A stretch of 64,000 nucleotides of DNA, taken from an uncultured Methanosarcinales archaeon. Lineage in GTDB: Archaea; Nanobdellota; Nanobdellia; Woesearchaeales; GW2011-AR15. This document shows, in pieces, positions 19,133-29,521 of this stretch (positions are counted from its first letter, which is position 1; each line of letters opens with the position of its first letter). The notes beneath the pieces are model-generated. The model saw only the letters and a program-made list of their open reading frames with translations, ran no database searches and had not been told where the DNA came from. The stretch covers positions 66,366 to 130,365 of the forward strand of contig CAZEKF010000001.1 in the NCBI GenBank assembly GCA_964512765.1, in the 5' to 3' direction. The position numbers and the translations under genes are program-made.

Positions 19133-20461
19133 TTAACAATTAAGACTCTGTTCTTTACATGCATTAATAACTTTTGGAACTTTGTTTATTTGATTGATTT
19201 GACTATTGTATTTTCTTTTTAGTTTTGAAATTTGTTCTTTTGCTAATCCTGCTTTTGGATTAAAGATTATTTTCTCCCCAAGCAAAGTTCGTTTTTCTTT
19301 TGATATGTTTTTAATTCCAAACTTATCACGATGTTCATATGCTCTACTACCTTTTTGCAACCCAAACACAGTTGGTGAAATTAAGTCAATTTGATCTTTA
19401 CTTTCTTCTAAAAAGGTGATAGTTTCCATGAATTCAGGTTCAGTTTCTGTTGGAAACCCGAACATGGTGTAAACAATATTCTTTATACCTAATTTGCTAG
19501 ATTCTTTCAACACTATTGAATTTTGTTTAGCATTTGTTCCTTTATTCATAAAATCTAAGATTCTTTGTGAACCTGATTCAATGCCCCATGCTGCGCTTCT
19601 TAACCCTGCTTTGTATAATCTAGGCAGGAGATCTATGATCCATTTTTCAGGCCTTAGCTGCATCCAGAAGTCAATGTCATAATTATTCATAAGATCAATT
19701 ATTTCTATAAGTCTCTTTTTGGAAAAACCATCGTCAATAAAAAACACTTTCTTCATATTATTTTTTTCAATTGAGTCTTTGATAAAATCCAAACGAATAG
19801 TTTCATATTTCTTGTTACCGTGATGAGTACAAAACGCACAGAGTTTGTACGGACAGGAATGTGTTGTTCTTATTGGATATACTGTTTCTTTTGAAAAATA
19901 TTTACTTTTATCATATTTTGAAAAATCAAGAAAGGATTTTTCCATGTTTTTCTTTTCTTTAGCACCTAATTTAATCAGGTGTTTAATTAATTGATCATAA
20001 TTATCTAGATATAATGCTTTATCTTTGATTTTTGTACAGTCTGCTGGACCGCCAATAATAACCTTTATTCCTTTTTTGTTTAATTCATCTATGATTCCAT
20101 TTGTAAGAAATACTTGGCTATTATATGTTAAGCTTAATGCCACAACATCAGGTTTTTTAGATAAAATTTGTTTAATCAAGAAATCAAAACCAAGTGGTTT
20201 TTTACCCGATACAGCATTTTTAGATATCTTTGGATAAACATGTCTAGTTTCATTTAAGAACTCTTCTAGTACTAAGAAATAATCTTCAGATTTAATTCTT
20301 TTATAGAAGCTATTAAACTGTTTATAATGATACTCACTGTTCAAATCAAGAACATCAATATCTTCATCAAGACAAGAACTTAACACAGAATGCATCATTG
20401 TTATTGAATATGGCATTACTGTAGGTATATGCACTGGAACATCAATAAGTAAGATTTTCAT
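19133..20461 (-). CDS. B12-binding-domain radical SAM protein
   Basis: N-terminal Rossmann-like B12-binding region. CPYKLCAFC is the Cx3Cx2C radical-SAM cluster motif. 442 aa. Confidence 0.75.
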   Translation of the reverse strand: MKILLIDVPVHIPTVMPYSITMMHSVLSSCLDEDIDVLDLNSEYHYKQFNSFYKRIKSEDYFLVLEEFLNETRHVYPKISKNAVSGKKPLGFDFLIKQILSKKPDVVALSLTYNSQVFLTNGIIDELNKKGIKVIIGGPADCTKIKDKALYLDNYDQLIKHLIKLGAKEKKNMEKSFLDFSKYDKSKYFSKETVYPIRTTHSCPYKLCAFCTHHGNKKYETIRLDFIKDSIEKNNMKKVFFIDDGFSKKRLIEIIDLMNNYDIDFWMQLRPEKWIIDLLPRLYKAGLRSAAWGIESGSQRILDFMNKGTNAKQNSIVLKESSKLGIKNIVYTMFGFPTETEPEFMETITFLEESKDQIDLISPTVFGLQKGSRAYEHRDKFGIKNISKEKRTLLGEKIIFNPKAGLAKEQISKLKRKYNSQINQINKVPKVINACKEQSLNC

Positions 20462-20527
20462 TATTTGTTTTAAAAATAAGAAGTTTTTAATTTTAACTGA
20501 TTGGCAATTGAATAAAAAAACCTTGAT

Positions 20528-21247
20528 TTACTTTTCTAGTTCTTCGGGTACATTTGGTCCATCTCCAAAATCATGTCCTAAACCATATAGATCATCAGGA
20601 TTAAAATCTACTATCATTTCCAAGACAAGCGCGCTTCCCAAACATCGATATCTCCCTAATCCTTCAATATCAACATAGTCTAAAAGGCGAACCGTGCCAC
20701 CACTGTATTCACATGCTCTGGTGTCTGGAGTAGCAGTACTTAATCCCTCTGATGGAACATAGTCAGGATCTGCACCAAAAGAACCTGTTGTCCATCCACT
20801 TCCACTTGGACAAACCATATGAGTTAAAGTATACACAGGATCTAGTGATGGATATTCTTTGGAAGGACTACCTTGAGTGCAAACTTCTCCTTTAACTTCG
20901 GTTTTTTCTGCAATTCCTTCTTCCCTATCTGAAAAATTTCCTGTTCCTGGATGAAAGTAAGTTTCATCAGAATACAAATCACCCCAAAAAGTACCTGATT
21001 CTGGTTTAAAAGGAGGTGGAGTACTTGTCACAGTACCACCGCTTGTTTTACAAGCAAGAGCTAATGCTAAAATCAAAAAAGAATAAAGTAATACACCTTT
21101 TAATCCACCACTAAAATACATCCCATTATGCCCTAATTTGCTCCTAACTGCTCTTTGAGATTTAAAAATATGAAGTAATTCACCAGAATCAAAATTACCA
21201 AAAGGAGACTGCACATCATTAACTACGTTTTCTAATGCTAATACCAT
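20528..21247 (-). CDS. Hypothetical single-TM protein with a G/S/T/P- and Cys-rich ectodomain
   Basis: 239 aa. Cytoplasmic N-terminal region, then TM LLYSFLILALALAC, then an extracytoplasmic region with 6 Cys. Composition is atypical for this genome. Confidence 0.3.
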   Translation of the reverse strand: MVLALENVVNDVQSPFGNFDSGELLHIFKSQRAVRSKLGHNGMYFSGGLKGVLLYSFLILALALACKTSGGTVTSTPPPFKPESGTFWGDLYSDETYFHPGTGNFSDREEGIAEKTEVKGEVCTQGSPSKEYPSLDPVYTLTHMVCPSGSGWTTGSFGADPDYVPSEGLSTATPDTRACEYSGGTVRLLDYVDIEGLGRYRCLGSALVLEMIVDFNPDDLYGLGHDFGDGPNVPEELEK

Positions 21248-21368
21248 TTTTAACCAAATTTACGCTTTTTAAGTTAAAAAACCCTGTTCGCTTTATAAAT
21301 CTTTCGATTATTTAACTACTTTTAAGTAACAATATTGTGAAAATTGTTTTAACGAATATTATTGAGAA

Positions 21369-23081
21369 TTATTTAACTGTGACACTTTTAGCCAAATTTC
21401 TTGGTTTATCAATAGGCAAATCTCTTTTCAGAGCAATATAGTATGTCAACAACTGTCCAACTATTGTCGCTAAAATCCCAAACTTACCGTCGTTAGTTGT
21501 TTTTAATTTAACATCTCCGTCAAACTCGTTTGTTATTTTAATTACATTAGCGCCTCTTGCCTCAACTTCTTTTAAATTAGATAGCATGTCATAATCTTTG
21601 TTACTAATTAAACCAATAACAGGAGTACCTTTTTCTATTAAAGCAATCGTCCCATGTTTTAACTCACCGCCCATCATGCCTTCAGCGTGCATGTATGAAA
21701 TTTCTTTTATTTTTAGAGCCATTTCCCTTGCAACTGGATAGCTTAAACCTCTGCCCAGAACATAAATGTCTTTTTCTTCATAAACAAAATTTGCAATTTC
21801 CTTAATGTTATCTATTTGTTCAAAAACTTCACTTATCCTTTCTGGTAAATTATCGAGATTAATGTCAAAACCAAACTCTTTGGCAACTGCTAACATTAAC
21901 GTAACTTGATTAACAAAAGATTTTGTAGCAGCAACACAGATTTCTTGGCCAGCTAATATGTTTAATGATATTTCAGACATTCTTTGAACAGTTGAATGAG
22001 GAACATTAACAATAGAGGCAATCTTAGCTTTTCTTTTCTTAGCATATTTCAAAGCTTCAATAATATCCATAGTTTCCCCAGATTGAGATATAGGAATAAC
22101 TAAAGTATTTGAATCAACAGTAATGAAATGTTCAAATTCAGAAGCAATTATTGCTTGCGCATCTACACCGGCTTTATGTAAATAATATACGCCTAGAAGA
22201 GCAGCATGATATGAAGTACCACATGCAACAAACACTACTCGTTTACTATCTTTAATTAATTTAACAAACCTGTTAAACTTATCTTTTTGTTCTGTCTTTA
22301 ATGAAGATAGTAATCTCTTGACAACATAAGGCTCTTCCATGATTTCTTTTATCATATAATGTTTATAGTTATCTAGTGTAGATTCTTCCTGTTCCCATTC
22401 AACTTCCTGTATTTTTTTATTGACAGGATTGCCGTCTTTATCATAGAATTTGTAACTATCTGCTGAGACAATGGCAAATTCATCATTTTCAAAAAACACA
22501 GCCAGACTTGAGACATCAGAGAAAGCATAAATGTCAGAGGCAAGATAGTATTCATTTTCACCAATGCCTAGAACTAATGGACTGTCACGTTTTAATGCGT
22601 AGATATTGTCATCACCATCTATCATGACTAAGAGAGCGAACTCTCCTTTTATGTGTTTTACAAAATCAACACACACGTCTTTCATGGGTTTTGTCTTCAA
22701 TCTTTCTTCAAAATAGTGAGCTGCAACTTCACTGTCTGTCTCACTAATAAATCTATGACCTCTTTTAATCAATTCTTCTTTTATTGCTTCATAATTTTCA
22801 ATTATGCCATTGTGAACTATTGTTACTTTTCCTGATTTATGAGGATGCGCATTTGCATCTGTTACACCACCGTGTGTCGCCCATCGTGTGTGTGAAATAA
22901 TCTTTTTAGTTTTGTCTTCGCTATCTGGAACAGTAATATGGCCTGTTTTTTTGAACAATTTACTATCATAATAATAACCAAAAGAATCATAACCACGGTA
23001 GTCTAACTTTTTTAATCTTTTAACAGCATCCTTTACATAAAATTCATTTACTGAATTAATTCCAACAATACCGCACATCAA
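21369..23081 (-). CDS. glmS: Glutamine--fructose-6-phosphate aminotransferase
   Basis: MCGIVG N-terminal nucleophile. Glutaminase domain plus two SIS domains. 570 aa. Confidence 0.9.
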   Translation of the reverse strand: MMCGIVGINSVNEFYVKDAVKRLKKLDYRGYDSFGYYYDSKLFKKTGHITVPDSEDKTKKIISHTRWATHGGVTDANAHPHKSGKVTIVHNGIIENYEAIKEELIKRGHRFISETDSEVAAHYFEERLKTKPMKDVCVDFVKHIKGEFALLVMIDGDDNIYALKRDSPLVLGIGENEYYLASDIYAFSDVSSLAVFFENDEFAIVSADSYKFYDKDGNPVNKKIQEVEWEQEESTLDNYKHYMIKEIMEEPYVVKRLLSSLKTEQKDKFNRFVKLIKDSKRVVFVACGTSYHAALLGVYYLHKAGVDAQAIIASEFEHFITVDSNTLVIPISQSGETMDIIEALKYAKKRKAKIASIVNVPHSTVQRMSEISLNILAGQEICVAATKSFVNQVTLMLAVAKEFGFDINLDNLPERISEVFEQIDNIKEIANFVYEEKDIYVLGRGLSYPVAREMALKIKEISYMHAEGMMGGELKHGTIALIEKGTPVIGLISNKDYDMLSNLKEVEARGANVIKITNEFDGDVKLKTTNDGKFGILATIVGQLLTYYIALKRDLPIDKPRNLAKSVTVK

Positions 23082-23962
23082 TTTTCACCTTTTAGACTTT
23101 GATCAAATTTTTTAAAATTTAAATTTATGATTATAATTGATGACAAAATAAAAAATGCACCAATCAGTTCATAAAATGAAAACATTTCATTGTAAACAAC
23201 ATAACTAATGATTATTCCGAAAAATGCTTGGGAGACTCCAAGAATGCCTGCTATGTTAGCTAACACGTTTTTCAATCCAAGATTCATTAATGTATATCCG
23301 ATAATATTTAATATTGCCATTAATACAATATAGAACCCAGTCATGAAACTGAATGAAATATTAACCGGAGTTTCAAAGATAAGTACGAATGGGAGTAAAA
23401 AAAAACCAGCAAAAAAAGTTGTGTAAAACAATCTAGTTCTTATGTCAATGTTTCTCATACTTCTTATGATAACAATATAAGGTGCATAAATAACCGCAGA
23501 AATTAGTGCATAAACAATGCCTATGTCAAGATTTGAAAAATCTGGTCTGAATACAATTAAGATACCTATTACAGAGGTAATAATTGCAAGGATTGCACTT
23601 AATTTTATTTTTTCTTTTAATAGTTTCCAGCTTATCAATAACGTGAAAATCGGAGAGAGCTGTAAAAACGTGGACGCATTCCCATAATTTGTGTTTAAGA
23701 ACGCAAGAACAACAAATACCACCATTAACCCGTAACCGAAAAAACCTGCAACAAAAAGTTTAAATAGATTTTTTGAAGATACTTTTAAGAATTTTTTATC
23801 TTTAATTGAGAAAAATATAAGATAAAATAACGTCGCGATAATTAATCTATATGAAACTTGTGTTATGGGCATTAACTCTTTATTTAACTCTCGTGTAAAA
23901 ATTCCTAATGTTGAAAAAATCAAGTTTGCAAGTATTAAATAAAATTCTCCTTTAATATTCAT
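23078..23962 (-). CDS. EamA/DMT-superfamily transporter (10 TM)
   Basis: 294 aa. Two EamA-like 5-TM halves. Embedded in the glmS-glmU-glmM operon by 4-nt overlaps. Confidence 0.6.
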   Translation of the reverse strand: MNIKGEFYLILANLIFSTLGIFTRELNKELMPITQVSYRLIIATLFYLIFFSIKDKKFLKVSSKNLFKLFVAGFFGYGLMVVFVVLAFLNTNYGNASTFLQLSPIFTLLISWKLLKEKIKLSAILAIITSVIGILIVFRPDFSNLDIGIVYALISAVIYAPYIVIIRSMRNIDIRTRLFYTTFFAGFFLLPFVLIFETPVNISFSFMTGFYIVLMAILNIIGYTLMNLGLKNVLANIAGILGVSQAFFGIIISYVVYNEMFSFYELIGAFFILSSIIIINLNFKKFDQSLKGEN

Positions 23963-25134
23963 TTTATATCTTTCTTAACTATCTCACCTGGCAAAGTTGT
24001 TTTATTTGGCCAAATCTTTCTTCCTGGGTAAATACTTGTGTAAATACCTAATTTTACATTATCACCAATAATAGTGCCAAGCTTTCTTCTACCTGTGCAA
24101 ACTAAGTTATCTTTTACAGGTGTTTTAATATTTTCATTATCATGTCTTAGATTAGCTGTAATAACTCCTGCTGCAACATTAACGTTATCACCAATAACAG
24201 AATCTCCAACATAAGCTAAATGTGCAATACAAGTATTATCTCCAATTATTGAATTTTTAATATCAACTGCGTTTCCAACTTTAGAATTATTTCCAATAGC
24301 GGTTCCTGCTCTAATATAGCAATTGGGCCCAATCACACAGTTTTTTCCAATAACAACAGGGCCTTCAATATAAGATCCTGCTTTAACAATGGTTCCTTTT
24401 CCAATAACAACTTCTCCTTTAATTGTTGTGCCTTTTTCAACATCTCCTTTGATCTCTTTTTTAATCTTTTTTAAGAAAAATTCATTTATTTCCAATAAAT
24501 TCCAAGGGTATGATGTTGCTAACCAATAATCTTCAACAATTTCATTATGAACTTTTTTATTATCTTTAACAAGGTGTTTGATATAATCAACAATTTCATA
24601 TTCTCCTCTTTTTGATTTTTTAAGTTCATAATTGAAAATATCTGTTTTAAACACATACAATCCTGTGTTTGCTATTCCTTTGGTTTTGTCAGGCTTTTCT
24701 TTTATCTCTTTAACACAACCCTTCTCTAGGACAAGTTCACCGAATCTGTGTAAATCATTAACTTCTTTACCTAAAACACAATAATCATGCTTAACACATT
24801 TTTCAATATCTTTTCTTGAGAATAAATCATCACCGTTCATCACAATAAAATTATCTTTTAGCAAACTTTTTGCTTTGATAACTGCCATACCTGTGCCACT
24901 TGCATATTTTTGTTCAACGTACTTTAGTTTAATATTTTCATAACTATCACCAAAATATTCTTTGATCATGTTATTTCCAACAATAATAATAACTTCATCA
25001 ACTAATCCATGTAACTGATCAAGGTTATGTTCAATTATTGTTTTATTAGCTACTTTAAGAAGACCTTTAGGCTTTACTAAAGTTAAAGGATATGTTCTTG
25101 TGCCTTTTCCTGCACCTAAAATAACTGCTTGCAT
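23959..25134 (-). CDS. glmU: Bifunctional sugar-1-phosphate nucleotidyltransferase/acetyltransferase (archaeal GlmU-like)
   Basis: N-terminal AVILGAGKGTR nucleotidyltransferase motif. C-terminal left-handed beta-helix hexapeptide repeats (IGDNVNVAAGVI...). Confidence 0.8.
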   Translation of the reverse strand: MQAVILGAGKGTRTYPLTLVKPKGLLKVANKTIIEHNLDQLHGLVDEVIIIVGNNMIKEYFGDSYENIKLKYVEQKYASGTGMAVIKAKSLLKDNFIVMNGDDLFSRKDIEKCVKHDYCVLGKEVNDLHRFGELVLEKGCVKEIKEKPDKTKGIANTGLYVFKTDIFNYELKKSKRGEYEIVDYIKHLVKDNKKVHNEIVEDYWLATSYPWNLLEINEFFLKKIKKEIKGDVEKGTTIKGEVVIGKGTIVKAGSYIEGPVVIGKNCVIGPNCYIRAGTAIGNNSKVGNAVDIKNSIIGDNTCIAHLAYVGDSVIGDNVNVAAGVITANLRHDNENIKTPVKDNLVCTGRRKLGTIIGDNVKLGIYTSIYPGRKIWPNKTTLPGEIVKKDIK

Positions 25135-25137
25135 TTT

Positions 25138-26481
25138 CTAACCAACCTCATTTTTTATTTCATCAGCGATTTTGTTAGCTAATTTTGTTATAAAATCTTT
25201 ATCAGGCCCTTCAATCATAACTCTGGCTTTCATTTCTGTGCCTGAATACCTTACTAAGTGTCTTCCTTTATCTCCAAGAACAGTTTTAGCATTTTTAATT
25301 TCTTCTTGAACCTTTGTCATGTTTTCAATAGATTTTTTTTCTTTTACCTGAACATTTACTGTGACTTGAGGATATTTTTCAAGTACAGATGCTAACTCAG
25401 ACAATTTCTTTTTAGTTTGTTTCATTATTTTTAATATTTGTAAACCTGCAATCATACCGTCTCCTGTTGAATTATAATCTGAAAAAATAATGTGGCCAGA
25501 AAATTCACCGCCCAGATTAAAACCAGAGTTGTTCATTTCTTCAATAACATACCTGTCACCGTTTTGTACTCTTATAACTTTGCCGTTATGTTTTTTTATT
25601 ACTTCATCAAATGCAAGGTTAGTATAATGTGTCACAACGACAGTATCTTTGCTAAGTTTGTTCTTTTTCAACAAGTCAAGAGCAGCGATTGCTATAATAT
25701 GATCGCCATCAAGAACATTTCCATTATCATCTACCATAATAATTCTGTCAGCGTCACCATCTAATGTGATACCAACATCAGCTTTTTGTTTTAATACTAC
25801 TGCTTTTGTTATTTCAGGATGCAATGCACCGCTGTCTTTGTTAATGTTATTTCCATCTGGAGAATTATTAATTACCATAACTTCAGCACCTAATTCTTTA
25901 AGTATCAAAGGAGCAACTTTGTAAGCTGCACCGTTTGCGCAATCTAATACAATTTTTAGGTTGGTTAGTGGTAAATTGTTTATTGAATTCTTAACAAATT
26001 CGATATATCTTGCTTGCGCATCTTGGATCCTGTATGCTTTACCTATTTCTTTTGAAGTAATATGATCAGTTTTCATTTCTTTGTTCAAAACATGATCTTC
26101 TATTTGCTCTTCAATCTTATCAGGTAATTTATGACCTTTTGAATCAAAAAACTTAATGCCATTATCTGTTGCAGGGTTATGGCTTGCACTTATCATGATG
26201 CCAGCATCTGCAGCAAACGACCTAGTAAGATGTGCAACAGCAGGTGTTGGTACTGGGCCAACTAACAATACATCTGCACCCATTGAAGTTAAACCTGCAG
26301 TAAGAGCATTTTCTAGCATATATCCAGATAATCTAGTATCTTTTCCAATTAGAAAAACTGGTTTTTTCTTACCTTTTGTTAATACAAGAGCAGCAGCTTT
26401 ACCAAGTTTTAAAGCTATGTTTGCTGTTATTGGATATGTGTTTGCTTTTCCTCTTACACCGTCTGTACCGAATAATTTCAT
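25138..26481 (-). CDS. glmM: Phosphoglucosamine mutase / phosphohexomutase
   Basis: SASHNP phosphoserine motif, GDGDADR metal-binding loop, 447 aa. Confidence 0.85.
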   Translation of the reverse strand: MKLFGTDGVRGKANTYPITANIALKLGKAAALVLTKGKKKPVFLIGKDTRLSGYMLENALTAGLTSMGADVLLVGPVPTPAVAHLTRSFAADAGIMISASHNPATDNGIKFFDSKGHKLPDKIEEQIEDHVLNKEMKTDHITSKEIGKAYRIQDAQARYIEFVKNSINNLPLTNLKIVLDCANGAAYKVAPLILKELGAEVMVINNSPDGNNINKDSGALHPEITKAVVLKQKADVGITLDGDADRIIMVDDNGNVLDGDHIIAIAALDLLKKNKLSKDTVVVTHYTNLAFDEVIKKHNGKVIRVQNGDRYVIEEMNNSGFNLGGEFSGHIIFSDYNSTGDGMIAGLQILKIMKQTKKKLSELASVLEKYPQVTVNVQVKEKKSIENMTKVQEEIKNAKTVLGDKGRHLVRYSGTEMKARVMIEGPDKDFITKLANKIADEIKNEVG

Positions 26482-26649
26482 GTATTTGATGAATATAGCT
26501 TGGTTTATATACTTAATTCATAATTATTTTATAATAATCTTGCGGATTAATAGATGAAATAATTAAGTTGTCGTCTATAAATGTTATTTTTGATATTTTA
26601 ATTATATTATGGAAAATTATATAAATATTATAAAATTTCTTATAATAAA

Positions 26650-27381
26650 ATGCCAATAGTAAATGTAAATAAAGTTAGATTAAACTACAAAGTCTTGGGC
26701 AAAGGCCCAGAGCTTGTGTTCTTGCATGGTGGTTGTCTTGATACTAGAGCTTATTCAAAATTACTAAACATATTATCAAAATCATTCAAGGTTTATGGGG
26801 TTGATCTACCACATCATGGCAAATCAAGTAAATTGCAAAATTACTCTATTAAAGCAGTGGCTTCCTTAATCCAAGGTTTCACTAAAAAACTGAAAATAAA
26901 AAACCCTTATGTGTTTGGTCAGTCAGCTGGATCACTTATTGCAATTTATTATGCAGCGCATTCTAAAAACATAAAAAAACTAATTTTGAGTGCACCACCA
27001 GGATTAGAATATTACAAGAATCCAAATATTTTCATAGTAAAATTGTTTTTTGTTCATCCTTTTGTTAGTTTTATAGTTAATCCGATTATATCTTTATTAA
27101 TGGCCTATGTTGTGCTTACAAATATTCTAAGGAATTTATTCAACAAGAATTATTTTTCAGCTATAAAAAAGGAAGTGTCAAGAGAACACACAGCTCTGGA
27201 AAATATTAGAACAAAAACTTTAATACTATGGCCGAAACATGATATTTTTTTCCCTGTAAAGCTTTCAAAAAATTTTTCACAGAAAATTCCTAATTCAGAA
27301 TTAATTATAGTAAATGGAACTCATGAATGGCTTACATTAAGACCTAAAAAAATATTAAATTATATCGAGGATATAAAATGA
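26650..27381 (+). CDS. Alpha/beta-hydrolase fold protein
   Basis: HGG oxyanion motif. GQSAGS nucleophile elbow (GxSxG). 243 aa. Confidence 0.6.
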   Translation: MPIVNVNKVRLNYKVLGKGPELVFLHGGCLDTRAYSKLLNILSKSFKVYGVDLPHHGKSSKLQNYSIKAVASLIQGFTKKLKIKNPYVFGQSAGSLIAIYYAAHSKNIKKLILSAPPGLEYYKNPNIFIVKLFFVHPFVSFIVNPIISLLMAYVVLTNILRNLFNKNYFSAIKKEVSREHTALENIRTKTLILWPKHDIFFPVKLSKNFSQKIPNSELIIVNGTHEWLTLRPKKILNYIEDIK

Positions 27382-28304
27382 AATCATATATTGTAAAGGA
27401 AAAAGATAACAAATTACTGTATAGTGAAGCGTTTATTGTTGATAATCCAAGCGCATTGAAAATAATAGATCATCCAATTAGGCTCCAGATTCTAGAAGTA
27501 CTGGCAAAAACACCAATGTATCCAGCAGAGTTAGCTAAAGAGCTTAAAATGCATGAGCAAAAAGTTTACTATCATATTAAACAGATGACTAATTCAGGTA
27601 TTTTAGAAGTTGTTGAAAAACAAGAAATCCGTGGAACAATTGCCAAGAAATTATCACCAAAATTACTTAATTTTGCTTTTACTTTGTCAAAAGATTGGAA
27701 AAGCATTAGCAATTTGCTTAAGAAAAAAGATGAATCTGTTTCAAATTTTTTAAATCCATTAGTTAAAGAAAGCAAACTTAATTCAAGTATTATTGTTGGG
27801 AGTCCAGATCCACACGGACCACATAAAGCAAGAGCCAGAGATGGACATTATGCAATTGATTTAGCGCTATTTTTAGGCAATTTTTCTCAACTGGATAGAG
27901 AATTTTCAACAAAACTTGATGTCGATGTTAATCTTAAAGAAAGCAAGAACTTGATTTTAGTAGGTGGGCCAGTAACTAATTTGTTAGTTGCAAAAATAAA
28001 TGACTTCTTGCCTGTAAAATTTTCAGATGAAAAACCTTGGGGATTAATATCTAAAACAAAAACATATACAGAAGAAAGTGTTGGCATGGTTTGTAAAATA
28101 CCGAACCCGTATAGCCCAGAACACTTCATATTAGTGATTGCAGGCATAAGATTTATTGGTACTAAAGCAGCAGTATTAGCATTCACAAGACACACAAAAC
28201 AAGTTATTAACAGATACACTGGCCAAAAAGAGTTTTATTCAATTGTTCAAGGCTTTGATTTAAGTGGGGATGGGAAGATAGACAATATTGAAGTTTTAGA
28301 ATAA
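27378..28304 (+). CDS. ArsR-type winged-HTH transcription regulator with a C-terminal domain of unknown function
   Basis: HPIRLQILEVLAKTPMYPAELAKELKMHEQKVYYHIKQMTNSGIL is an ArsR/SmtB-type HTH. 308 aa. Confidence 0.45.
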   Translation: MKSYIVKEKDNKLLYSEAFIVDNPSALKIIDHPIRLQILEVLAKTPMYPAELAKELKMHEQKVYYHIKQMTNSGILEVVEKQEIRGTIAKKLSPKLLNFAFTLSKDWKSISNLLKKKDESVSNFLNPLVKESKLNSSIIVGSPDPHGPHKARARDGHYAIDLALFLGNFSQLDREFSTKLDVDVNLKESKNLILVGGPVTNLLVAKINDFLPVKFSDEKPWGLISKTKTYTEESVGMVCKIPNPYSPEHFILVIAGIRFIGTKAAVLAFTRHTKQVINRYTGQKEFYSIVQGFDLSGDGKIDNIEVLE

Positions 28305-28337
28305 TTTTTTTAAATCAATTATTTTTCTCAGAATAAA

Positions 28338-28559
28338 ATGCCAAAATACGTTTACAAATGCGAAAAATGTAAGAAAAATACTTGTATAATTTGTTCATAT
28401 TCTAACAAATCTAAACAAGAAATCTCGCTTAAATGTGAACATTGCGGCCATAATAAGTTATACCAATTGTTTGGTGCAAATTTTGTTTCTAAAGAATCTA
28501 ATAGTTCAGGTAATTCTTGCGGTAGTTGTTCAAGTACTTCATGTGGTACTTGTGGCTAA
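28338..28559 (+). CDS. FmdB-family zinc-ribbon protein with a Cys/Ser/Gly-rich tail
   Basis: MPKYVYKCEKCKK...CEHCGH matches the FmdB signature. Tail SGNSCGSCSSTSCGTCG. Confidence 0.55.
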   Translation: MPKYVYKCEKCKKNTCIICSYSNKSKQEISLKCEHCGHNKLYQLFGANFVSKESNSSGNSCGSCSSTSCGTCG

Positions 28560-28987
28560 TCAGTATTAATAACCTCAACATCATGTCTAGCTTCTAAAGC
28601 TTCGATTCTGCACGTGTCAAAGATCTCTGCATCTAAGTTTTCTCTTACTTTTTCTTTAGAATATCCTCGTTTTTCTAACCTTTTTTTTAATTCTTTTAAC
28701 TCGCATTTTGTGATGCAGCATTTATCAACATATTTTTTTGGCAAATAATGTGATAAATGAGAGTCAATAACTAAATTATCTTGTTTTTTTATTATACTTA
28801 TAAGAACTTTGTTTAGTTTTTCTACATCAATTAACTCTGTTTCCTTTTCTTTATCGTATCCTTCGGATAATTTATGCTCTTTTACCAACTGATTTACATC
28901 AACATATTTCAGTTTCTTTTCTTTAGCAAGTTTTTTAGCAAAAACAGTCTTACCTGTGGCTGGTGTTCCAGATACAATTACAATCAT
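28556..28987 (-). CDS. P-loop kinase, Fap7/AK6-type putative adenylate kinase
   Basis: MIVIVSGTPATGKT is the Walker A motif. The size and DSHLSH motif are consistent with archaeal AK6/Fap7. Confidence 0.55.
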   Translation of the reverse strand: MIVIVSGTPATGKTVFAKKLAKEKKLKYVDVNQLVKEHKLSEGYDKEKETELIDVEKLNKVLISIIKKQDNLVIDSHLSHYLPKKYVDKCCITKCELKELKKRLEKRGYSKEKVRENLDAEIFDTCRIEALEARHDVEVINTD

Positions 28988-29054
28988 TTTAATCTGAGAA
29001 ATATAAAAAACTATTTAAATGTGATAATAAATTAAATATATCATATTAGGAGGG

Positions 29055-29327
29055 ATGCTCATGTTAAAAATGAAAAGAATTTCAGAATGTTATGATATGA
29101 AAGTTTTCACAGATGAAGGAGATTATTTTGGTGATGTTGAAGAAATGATTGTTACAACTAATAAAATCTTTGGCTGGAGAGTAAAAGCCACAAGAAATTC
29201 TTTCTTAACAACAGTATTAGGAAGTGCAAAAGGCGTTGTTGTGCCTCATCCACTTGTGAAAAGTATAGGAGACATTATGATTATTAACAAGTCTGCTGTG
29301 CCAGCGTATAACCCTGAAGACGATTAG
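29055..29327 (+). CDS. PRC-barrel-like domain protein
   Basis: 90 aa. The pattern GDYFGDVEEMIV...KSIGDIMII resembles PRC-barrel proteins. Confidence 0.4.
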   Translation: MLMLKMKRISECYDMKVFTDEGDYFGDVEEMIVTTNKIFGWRVKATRNSFLTTVLGSAKGVVVPHPLVKSIGDIMIINKSAVPAYNPEDD

Positions 29328-29521
29328 AATTATTTTTTTTCTTAAATTAATGTAAGAACTTAGCTTTAGCCTTTCTTAGCTGAAGACTGAGGTAACAAAT
29401 ATTTGTTGGACACAGTCCTTTGGATATAAGTGAGCCCCTTTGTCTCCAGGTGCTAAAGGCCAAGCTTAGATGAAGCTAATTCTGTAAATTTATAAATCTT
29501 ATTGTTCTTCTATTCTGATAA

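Noticed and set aside
29355-29480. Possible tRNA (with or without an intron) in the GC-rich intergenic region
   Set aside because: Acceptor-like complementary ends exist, but I could not build D, anticodon and T arms on either strand. No GTTC(A/G)A T-loop is present. It is kept only as a low-confidence structured-RNA candidate.
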